Shown here: piece after piece, positions 9,062 through 17,379 of the stretch
How positions within the stretch are numbered: the first letter of the stretch is position 1
Layout of the letters: every line of letters starts with the position of its first letter
Assembly (NCBI GenBank): GCA_964546025.1
Contig: CAZJHT010000010.1
Location: 175-64,174, forward strand
Direction of reading: 5' to 3'
DNA length: 64,000 bases
Source: an uncultured Clostridiaceae bacterium
GTDB lineage: Bacteria > Bacillota > UBA994 > PWPR01
Made by a program: the position numbers and the translations under genes
Notes under the pieces: model-generated
What the model was told of the DNA's origin: nothing
The model's input: the letters and a program-made list of their open reading frames with translations, nothing else
The model's database searches: none

Positions 9062-10850
9062 ATTCTCCTACCGCATCAAGCAGTCTTGCGTATTGCACCT
9101 TGTTTAACTCATAATACATCCCTTTGAGGTTCATTAACTCTTCGTGATTTCCTTCTTCAACAATTCTTCCATCATCAATTACTAAAATTCTATCTGCTTT
9201 TCTAATAGTAGATAATCTATGAGCAATGACAAAAGATGTTCTTCCTTCTAAAACTTTTTCAATTGCATCTTGCATCAACTGTTCAGTCTTAGTATCTATA
9301 CTTGATGTTGCTTCATCCAAAATCAATATTTTAGGATCAGAAAGTATAGCTCTTGCAAAACTTATTAATTGCCTCTCGCCTACACTTAATCTTGATCCGC
9401 GTTCTTGAACTTCAGTATCATATCCATTTTCAAACTCACTAATAAATTGATGCGCATTAGCTATCTTCGCAGCTGTTATAATCTCTTCTTCTGTAGCATC
9501 CAGTTTACCATATCTTATATTATCTCTGACTGTTCCAGAAAAAATTAGTGGATCTTGTAATACTATACTCATTTGATTCCTTAGACAATCAATCTCTATA
9601 TCTTTAACATCTATATCATCTATTGTAACTTCTCCATCTTTCACATCATAAAATCTTGGTATTAAGTTTATAATCGTGCTCTTTCCTGCTCCTGTTGGGC
9701 CAACTATAGCAATTGTATCTCCAGGGTTTACATTAAAGCTGACTCCTTGAAGCACTGGTGTGTCTTTATCATATTCAAAAAACACATTCTTAAAATCAAC
9801 TTTTCCTTTAATATCTTCCATTGTTATTGGTTCACTTATATTGAGGATCTCTGGATCAGTGTCAAGTATCCCAAATACACGTTCTGATGAAGCCATTGCA
9901 ACAAGTACTGTGTTATAAAAATTACTCATACTTCTTATAGGTTCCCAGAATCTGCCTATATAATTTATAAAAGCTACTAATATACCTACACTAATTTGTC
10001 CATTAATTACAGAGTATGCTCCATAAGCAAATACAATACAGTTACCAATCGCACTAGTTATCTCTACGGAAGGTCTAAATAGTAGACTTACTTTTGTTGC
10101 ATTAATTTGTGATTCAGTAAACTCAGAATTTACTTCTTCAAACTCCTCTTCACTTTCTCCTTCTTGAGTGAAAGCTTGTATTGTTCTCATACCACTAATA
10201 GATTCTTGTAAAAAAGCATTCATATTAGCTCTTTTTTTCCTTACATCTCTCCAGCTTTCTCTTACATAGTTTCTTAAAACTACCGCTATATAGAAAAGCA
10301 CTGGTAATATGATAAAACTAAATAACGCTAACCTCCAACTCATTATAATCATAATTCCCATTGTCATTAGGAGCGTTACTACATCATTTATTACTTGAAT
10401 CAACCCTGATGTTAATAGCTCATTGAGATTATCAACATCATTGGTAATTCTGACCATAATTTTACCTGCTGGTCTACCATCAAAGAATCGTAAAGATAGC
10501 CTTTGTATATGATCAAATAATTGTTTTCTTAAGTCATATATAATAGATTGTCCTATTTTATTTAGTAAAACTGTTCGCAAATATGCACCAATCATCATAA
10601 CAATTCTTAGCCCTAAATATGTTAGTCCTATTACATGTAGCATAGACATATCTTTTTCAGGCAAAACATTATCAATTGCTTGTTGAATTAACACTGGTCC
10701 TGCAAGTTCTGACATGGACACAGCAATTATGATTACTAATGTTATTACTACCATTTTTGTATATGGCTTTAGATATGATAATAATCTTATGAAGTGCCTT
10801 TTATTAAACTCTTGTTGAAAGTTTTCTCCCTGGTCAAAATTTCTTGCCAT
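9060..10850 (-). CDS. ABC exporter, fused permease/ATPase (heterodimer partner B)
   Basis: Six-TM domain plus NBD with Walker A GPTGAGKST, signature LSVGERQ and Walker B ILILDEATS. Confidence 0.9.
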   Translation of the reverse strand: MARNFDQGENFQQEFNKRHFIRLLSYLKPYTKMVVITLVIIIAVSMSELAGPVLIQQAIDNVLPEKDMSMLHVIGLTYLGLRIVMMIGAYLRTVLLNKIGQSIIYDLRKQLFDHIQRLSLRFFDGRPAGKIMVRITNDVDNLNELLTSGLIQVINDVVTLLMTMGIMIIMSWRLALFSFIILPVLFYIAVVLRNYVRESWRDVRKKRANMNAFLQESISGMRTIQAFTQEGESEEEFEEVNSEFTESQINATKVSLLFRPSVEITSAIGNCIVFAYGAYSVINGQISVGILVAFINYIGRFWEPIRSMSNFYNTVLVAMASSERVFGILDTDPEILNISEPITMEDIKGKVDFKNVFFEYDKDTPVLQGVSFNVNPGDTIAIVGPTGAGKSTIINLIPRFYDVKDGEVTIDDIDVKDIEIDCLRNQMSIVLQDPLIFSGTVRDNIRYGKLDATEEEIITAAKIANAHQFISEFENGYDTEVQERGSRLSVGERQLISFARAILSDPKILILDEATSSIDTKTEQLMQDAIEKVLEGRTSFVIAHRLSTIRKADRILVIDDGRIVEEGNHEELMNLKGMYYELNKVQYARLLDAVGE

Positions 10851-12610
10851 TATTCAGCACCTCCTGCATCTAAGAATGCCTCAAACATATCTTTTTCTTT
10901 GTATTGCTCATCAAAAGTTTGCTTGTAGTATCCATTATTGTTTAGTAACTCTTGGTGTGTTCCTTGCTCTATTATCTCTCCATGGTCAAGTACATAAATA
11001 TAGTCAGTGTTTTTCACTGAGGCTATTCTATGAGCAATAACAATTGTTGTTCTGTTTTTCATAACAGACTCCATATCTTTTTGAATCTGATGTTCTGTTT
11101 CCATATCAACACTTGAAGTAGCATCATCCAAAACAAGTATGCTTGGGTTTCTTACAAGTGCTCTAGCAATAGCAATTCTTTGCTTTTGACCACCTGAAAG
11201 GCCTATACCACGCTCACCTATTGCAGTATCATATCCTTTTTCCATCTCCATGATAAAATCATGCGCTTGTGCTATTTTAGCAGCACTTATTATCTGTTCA
11301 TCTGTTGCCTCAGTATTTCCAAAAGCTATATTATTTTTAATAGTATCAGAGAATAAGAAAATATCCTGGTGAACTATACCAATATCTCTTCTTAAGTCTT
11401 CAAGCTTTATATCCTTAATGTCAGTATCATCTATCTTAATTTCTCCACTTTGACAATCATAAAACCTACTGATCAAACTAATGAAAGATGATTTTCCACT
11501 TCCTGTTTCACCAATGATCCCTATATTATGTCCTGCATCTATTCTTAGTGAAAAGTCTTTTAGCACATCGTTTTCACCATATGAAAAAGTAACATTACAA
11601 AACTCTATATTACCTTTGATCCTTTCTACGCTTACTGCTTGGTCTGAATCCTTGAGTTCGATCTCTGTATCTAATACTTCAAATATTCTATTTCCAGCTG
11701 CAACTGACCTTTCAAAGAAATTGACTAAAAATGCCATTCTTCTAATTGGCCAAATTAGAGAAAAAATATAAGAATAAAACTCTGCCAACTCTCCAACTGT
11801 TATATTATCTAAAATTACTTGATATCCGCCAAACCAAACAACAGCCAAAGCACTTAATCCGCCAAAAAATTGCATTAGTGGCATATATGTTGCTCTTATA
11901 GTAATAGCATTCATCATTTTAGTAAAATAACTAAGATTTTCTTTATCAAATTTTTCTTTTTCATGTTCTTGGGTGTTAAATGCTTTTACAACTCGTACAC
12001 CTGTAATGTTCTCCTGAATTGAGTTTGTCATTACGGCCATTTGCTCCCGTATTTGCATATACGCTGGTCTAATTTTATATGCAAATTTGACTGTTGTTAA
12101 AAACAAAAAAGGCAAAGTTGCTAGTGCTAATAAAGTTAACTGCCAGTTAATTCTTAGTAAAACTACTAGTACAAATGAAAATGTAAATATAGCATCATAT
12201 AATTCCAATAATCCATCTGCTAATAAATGTTTAAGAGAATGAACGTCACTACTAATTCTTGACATTAATTCTCCAGTCCTTGCCTTATCATAATATGAGT
12301 AAGGAAGCTTTACTAAATGAGAAAAAATACTTTTTCTTATATCTTTAATTGCTCCCATAGCGATTCTTTCTGATAAATAGCCTTGAACGAATCTAAAAAT
12401 TCCTCTACCTACTGCTATACCTATCAATGCTGCTATTATCCATGGTAATAAATTTATTTGTGATTCATAGATAACATCGTCAATCAGTACTCGAATAAGC
12501 TTTGGGCGCATCAATCCAAGCACTGTTAAGATAGTCAGCGATACAAATGCTGAAAATAATAGCATTAAATAAGGCCTATAATAACTAAAAATCCTCTTAA
12601 TAGTTTTCAT
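10850..12610 (-). CDS. ABC exporter, fused permease/ATPase (heterodimer partner A)
   Basis: Walker A GETGSGKSS, signature LSGGQKQR and Walker B ILVLDDATS. TAATG overlap with the downstream partner. Confidence 0.9.
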   Translation of the reverse strand: MKTIKRIFSYYRPYLMLLFSAFVSLTILTVLGLMRPKLIRVLIDDVIYESQINLLPWIIAALIGIAVGRGIFRFVQGYLSERIAMGAIKDIRKSIFSHLVKLPYSYYDKARTGELMSRISSDVHSLKHLLADGLLELYDAIFTFSFVLVVLLRINWQLTLLALATLPFLFLTTVKFAYKIRPAYMQIREQMAVMTNSIQENITGVRVVKAFNTQEHEKEKFDKENLSYFTKMMNAITIRATYMPLMQFFGGLSALAVVWFGGYQVILDNITVGELAEFYSYIFSLIWPIRRMAFLVNFFERSVAAGNRIFEVLDTEIELKDSDQAVSVERIKGNIEFCNVTFSYGENDVLKDFSLRIDAGHNIGIIGETGSGKSSFISLISRFYDCQSGEIKIDDTDIKDIKLEDLRRDIGIVHQDIFLFSDTIKNNIAFGNTEATDEQIISAAKIAQAHDFIMEMEKGYDTAIGERGIGLSGGQKQRIAIARALVRNPSILVLDDATSSVDMETEHQIQKDMESVMKNRTTIVIAHRIASVKNTDYIYVLDHGEIIEQGTHQELLNNNGYYKQTFDEQYKEKDMFEAFLDAGGAE

Positions 12611-12627
12611 AAATAGCTCCTTTTAAT

Positions 12628-13077
12628 TTACTCGTCTTGCACTTTGTGTAAGTTTTCCTCCATCATCAAAAGAAATTTTCTCATCAGTGTCATTTCTTCT
12701 TCACTAAAATTTGCATACGTCTCTTGTTCTAATTGCTGGATTTTCTTCTCCAGTTCTTCCTTTACTTCTTTTCCATGGTCAGCTAAATAGATACGTGAAA
12801 CTCTCATATCTTCAGTATCTTGTTCCCTATATATAAAGCCTTTTTTCTCCATTCTTTGAAGCATGCGGGTAACTGTTGCTGGCTGCAAATTTCTATAATT
12901 TGCTATCTCTTTTTGCTTTAGCCCATCATTATCCCATAACAGTTTTAATATTCCTGGTTGACCTCGATGCAATCCTAGGCTGTGGTATAACTTTCTTGCT
13001 CTATTTCTGTGCAAATGAACTACCCTTACAAAAAGTCTATCAACTGACAAATTCTCTGAATCTTCTTTTCTATACAT
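12628..13077 (-). CDS. MarR-family transcriptional regulator
   Basis: 149 aa with a winged helix (LKQKEIANYRNLQPATVTRMLQRMEKKGFIYR). First gene of the ABC exporter operon. Confidence 0.88.
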   Translation of the reverse strand: MYRKEDSENLSVDRLFVRVVHLHRNRARKLYHSLGLHRGQPGILKLLWDNDGLKQKEIANYRNLQPATVTRMLQRMEKKGFIYREQDTEDMRVSRIYLADHGKEVKEELEKKIQQLEQETYANFSEEEMTLMRKFLLMMEENLHKVQDE

Positions 13078-13124
13078 AATAACACTCCTCTCATGATTTA
13101 GTAGACGACTAACTAACTTATTTA

Positions 13125-13153
13125 ATTGTAATATGCAACTAATTCTATGTCAA
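13125..13153 (-). promoter_or_regulatory. Candidate sigma-A promoter (TTGACA-N17-TACAAT) of the MarR-ABC operon
   Basis: Minus strand reads TTGACA (13153-13148), a 17-nt spacer, then TACAAT (13130-13125). An imperfect palindrome TTAGT-N9-ACTAA follows and could be a MarR site. Confidence 0.45.
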
Positions 13154-13154
13154 T

Positions 13155-13183
13155 AAAAAAACCAGGCTTTATGCCTGGTTTTT
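13155..13183. terminator. Rho-independent terminator (bidirectional shape)
   Basis: AAAAAAACCAGGC-tttat-GCCTGGTTTTT. Confidence 0.75.
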
Positions 13184-13187
13184 AAAC

Positions 13188-14801
13188 TTATTTTCTATAC
13201 ACACACTCGCCACCTACATAAGTAGCAAGAACATTTAAGTCTTTAATTCTTTCTGCATCAATTTCCATGATATTTTCTGATAGAACAACAAAATCAGCAA
13301 GTTTATCAATTTCTAAAGATCCTTTGATATGCTCTTTTCTCTCTGCAAAAGCTGAGCCATTAGTAAATAAACCTACAGCTTCATAAGCAGTTAGTTTCTC
13401 ATCTGGCAAGAATCCTCCATCAGGATTACCATCAAGATCTGTTCTTGTCACTGCTGCTGCTAGTCCTAAAATTGGATTGCATGGTTCTACTGGCGAATCA
13501 GAGCCACCTGCAGTAGCAATACCCATTGTCCTCATTGTTTTCCACACATATGATTGCATCGTTCTTGCTTTTCCAAGTCTATCTTCAACAATTTTCATGT
13601 CTGTTGGTACAAAGATAGGCTGAATGTCACAAACTACACCTAGTTCTTTCATCTGCTCTAAGATATGCCAGTTTGTTATTTGAGCATGAATAATTCTAGG
13701 TCTTGCATCTTCCTCTTTTGCATTAGGAATAACCAATTTGAAAGCATTAAGAAGCTTTTGCATTGCAGCATCACCAATAGCGTGAGCTGATAATTGCATT
13801 TTCTTTTCATGTCCTTTTAAGTACATTTCGTTAATCTCATCTTGAGTCATAATTGACACACCACATGTAGTTGCATCATCTGTATAAGGTGCATGCATAT
13901 AGGCAGTTCTGCCTCCTAAAGAACCATCAGTCATTAATTTGAGAGGTCCATATGTAATAGTGTTTTCAGGGAACTGATATCTATCTCTTATTTCAAGATA
14001 CTTATCTATTTCACTTGGGTCAGACAATCTGATTTGATGATCCACTCTTAGTTTTAAACCGTTTTCAACTGCTTCTTGATAGGCTTTTAACTTTTCTTCC
14101 ATACTTCCATCTGGAGACCCTAAATCGTCAGATTGAACTGAAGTAAGACCATAAGATAGTGCTAGTTCTGCACCTTTTTCTATATGTCTGATATAATCTT
14201 CTTTTGTAAATTTGGGAATTAAGTTTGACACAAGTCCCATTGCTCTCTCTCTAAGAATCCCTGTTGGAAATCCATCTTCGCCGATATCTATATGTCCGCC
14301 AACTATTTGCTCCACAGGTGTTTTCATCAGCCCAGCAAGCTCTAAAGCTTTTGTGTTTGCTACACCTACATGTCCACAAGTCCTTCTTAAAAACATAGGT
14401 CTATCAATACTTACTTTATCTAAATCGTGCCTATCTGGCATAACTTGATCTTCAAACTTAGACTGATTCCACCCTCTGCCAAGAACCCATTCTACCTGCT
14501 CGTTCTCTGTTGAAAAATCTTGACACATCTTGATTAACTCATTTCTAGACTTAACTTCGTCTAACATAACTTGCTCAAGTGCCATGCCAATGCTCATTAG
14601 GTGCATATGACTGTCATTTAGTCCTGGAATAATAGTTTTTCCTTCAAGGTCTACTTTTTTAGTGTTATCGTTTACTAAAGCTAAAATGTCATCACTTGAA
14701 CCAATTGCTTTTATGATTCCATTATCTACCAATATAGCATTAGCTTCTTTGCCCTGTGCATCCATTGTGTATATTTTTCCATTAAAAAAAGCTGTTCTCA
14801 T
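13188..14801 (-). CDS. Metal-dependent amidohydrolase (Amidohydro_3 / YtcJ-like)
   Basis: HxH motif (PGLNDSHMHL), internal HAIGD and C-terminal GSD motifs. Start ambiguous: the ATG at 14801 (MRTAFFNGKIY) has AAAGGAG upstream, and the alternative ATG at 14825 has no RBS. Confidence 0.85.
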   Translation of the reverse strand: MRTAFFNGKIYTMDAQGKEANAILVDNGIIKAIGSSDDILALVNDNTKKVDLEGKTIIPGLNDSHMHLMSIGMALEQVMLDEVKSRNELIKMCQDFSTENEQVEWVLGRGWNQSKFEDQVMPDRHDLDKVSIDRPMFLRRTCGHVGVANTKALELAGLMKTPVEQIVGGHIDIGEDGFPTGILRERAMGLVSNLIPKFTKEDYIRHIEKGAELALSYGLTSVQSDDLGSPDGSMEEKLKAYQEAVENGLKLRVDHQIRLSDPSEIDKYLEIRDRYQFPENTITYGPLKLMTDGSLGGRTAYMHAPYTDDATTCGVSIMTQDEINEMYLKGHEKKMQLSAHAIGDAAMQKLLNAFKLVIPNAKEEDARPRIIHAQITNWHILEQMKELGVVCDIQPIFVPTDMKIVEDRLGKARTMQSYVWKTMRTMGIATAGGSDSPVEPCNPILGLAAAVTRTDLDGNPDGGFLPDEKLTAYEAVGLFTNGSAFAERKEHIKGSLEIDKLADFVVLSENIMEIDAERIKDLNVLATYVGGECVYRK

Positions 14802-14854
14802 AAACTTTTCATCTCCTTTTATCATCTAAAGTATATTTTAGCTCATATTCTAAG

Positions 14855-14889
14855 TTAAGAAAAGAGTAACCGCTTAGTTTAAGCGGTTA
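14855..14889 (-). terminator. Rho-independent terminator after the Cu-ATPase gene
   Basis: Minus strand reads TAACCGCTT-aaact-AAGCGGTTA followed by CTCTTTTCTT. Confidence 0.6.
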
Positions 14890-14893
14890 TTTC

Positions 14894-17359
14894 TTAATAT
14901 TTAGGTCTAATATTTGCTCTCTTTAGTAAGTTTGCATTACTCACAACTGTAATCGAGCTTGTAGCCATAGCTAGTTCTGCAATAGCAGGATGTAATAACC
15001 CCAATATAGCAATTGGTACAGCTACAAGGTTATATATAAAGGCCCAAAATAGATTTTGCTTTATCTTTCTAAATGTTGCCTTAGATAGTTTTATAGCACT
15101 TACAACTGCTGATAAATTACCTTGTACAAGGGTTACATCAGAAGCTTCTATTGCTATGTCTGTCCCTGTTCCTATCGCTATACCAACTTCTGCTTGGGTT
15201 AAAGCTGGAGCATCATTAATTCCATCTCCTACCATGGCTACTACTGTTCCTTCATTTTGTATTCTCTTAATCTCTAAAACTTTACCATCAGGCAATACCT
15301 CAGCAATAACTTCTTCAATTCCTGCTATTTTTGCTATAGCTTTTGCTGTTCTTTGATTATCTCCTGTTAACATTACAGTTTTAATGCCCATTTCTTGCAG
15401 TTCTTTAATTGCGTTTTTGGAATCATCTTTTATTGCATCTGCAACTGCTATCATTCCAACAAATGACCCATCTATAGCAACTGCTATTACAGTTTTTGCA
15501 TCTTCTTCTAATTGATTAAACTTTTCTACATCACTTACTTCTATATTGTTCTCATTCATCAACTTTATGCTTCCTACTAGGATTTCTTTGCTATCAGCAA
15601 ATCCCTTTATTCCTCTTCCCGTAAAGGTTTCAAACTTATCTAAATCAAACAAATCAAGATCATCATTAACTGCTTTTGTTATCACTGCTTTAGCTATAGG
15701 GTGCTCTGAGCCTCTTTCTGCACTTGCAGCATATCTCAAAAATTCTTCCTTTGATAAACCATTTGTGATTATATCAGTTACCTCAGGTTTGCCTTTTGTT
15801 ATTGTGCCGGTTTTATCAAATACTATAGTCTTAATTTCTTGAAGTTTCTGTATAGCAGCTCCGTCCCTAAAAATAATACCTGCTTGTGCACCCATTCCGC
15901 TACCGACCATTAAAGCTGTTGGTGTTGCTAGTCCTAATGCACATGGACATGCTATTACAAGTACTGCAACCATAGCATAAATTGCTTGCGCAAACCTATT
16001 AAGGTGACTCTGGAATGTCCATGGGAACACCCTAGATATTAAACTTACAATAGGAGAAGCTAATGCAGCCATTTGGTCTGGGAATACCGCCCATAATAAA
16101 AACGTTACTAAAGCTAAACCCATAACAATAGGTACAAAAACACTTGTTACTTTATCTGCAAATTCTTGTATAGGGACTTTCGTACCTTGTGCTTCTTCAA
16201 CCATCTTTATAACTTGCGATAAGAAAGTATCCTTACCTATTTTTGTAGCCTTTACATGGATCAATCCTTCTTGATTTACTGTTGCACCAATAACTTCCTC
16301 TCCAATTGACTTCCTAACTGGCATTGACTCTCCAGTAACCATAGATTCATCTATAGCACTTTCGCCAAAAACAATTTCTCCATCTGTTGGAATAGAGCTT
16401 CCTGGCTTAACTACTAAAGTATCTCCTATTTCTACTTCTTCTATTGCTATTTCAATTTCTTTACCATCTCTTATTACAAGAGCACTCTTTGCTCCTAATT
16501 CAAGTAATTTCTTAATTGCTTGCGATGCTCTTCCTCTAGCTTTAATTTCTACATACCTACCTGTTAAATGAAACGCCATTATCATTGCTGCTACTCCAGC
16601 AAAGTTAGGTAAATGCACAAAGAAATGCATTATTCCTGTAGAAAAAGCCGCTGCTGTTCCTAATGCTATCAAAGAGTCCATGTTTGGCACCTTATTGAGT
16701 ATTGCTTTAAATCCAGACACCATAGTAACTCTTCCTGGTCCTAATAAGGCGAAACTAGCTAATAATATCATGCCTATTTCATGATACTGTGGAAACGGCC
16801 ATCCATGTTCATACCCTAAAAACATTCCTGGTATCATCCACAGCATAGCTGGAATTGTTACAATCCATACTAGCCACATCTTTTTCTTAGCATCTTTTAT
16901 CATTTTTTCATCTTTATCTACTTCAACTTCATTTGTATCTAGTTCTATTTTATAACCAATCTTATCTACAGCATTTTTCATTTGACTTATGGTAACATTA
17001 TTATTATAACTTACTTTTAGCTTTTCTTGAGCTAAGCTTATAACAGCACTTTCAACGCCATCTATTTGCGAAAGAACTCTTTCGATGTTTTTAGCACATG
17101 ATGCTCAGGTCATTCCTGTTACATTAAAAGAGACTTTGTTTATTTCATCATCTACTTCTGGAGTATATCCAGCATCTTTAATCACTTGTTCCAAATCATC
17201 AATACCTAAGACTGTCTCATCGTAATCAATACTGGCAGTAAGTGTTGCTAAATTTACATTAGCTTGCTTAACTCCAGCTGTTTCAGATAAAACTTTCTCT
17301 ACTCTTGATGAACATGCTGCACAATGCATATCCTCCACTCTTATCTTTATTTTTGCCAT
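14894..17359 (-). CDS. copA: Copper-type P1B heavy-metal ATPase with two N-terminal HMA domains. One in-frame TGA (17105-17107) sits at the first Cys of the second CxxC motif, so it is a candidate selenoprotein.
   Basis: Track ORFs 17105..17359 and 14894..16981 are in the same frame (2466 nt = 822 codons). I translated the gap 16982-17104 and found no other stop. HMA1 is EDMHCAACSS and HMA2 is NVTGMT-TGA-ASCAKNIERVLSQIDGV. Core motifs are CPC (ACPCALGL), DKTGTIT, TGDN and GDGINDAP. Family call about 0.95; the Sec interpretation is lower. Confidence 0.85.
17069..17084 (-). promoter_or_regulatory. Candidate bacterial SECIS-like hairpin downstream of the copA UGA
   Basis: Minus strand reads CGAAAG-AGUU-CUUUCG, a 6-bp stem. 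The stem begins 20 nt after the UGA and the apical loop 26 nt after it. G is the second loop nucleotide. Confidence 0.45.
17105..17107 (-). other. In-frame UGA, candidate selenocysteine codon (UASC in place of CxxC)
   Basis: Plus-strand tca equals minus-strand TGA. It is flanked by ...GGA ATG ACC | TGA | GCA TCA TGT GCT... Confidence 0.6.
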
Positions 17360-17379
17360 AATCCCCTATCCTTTTCTTG

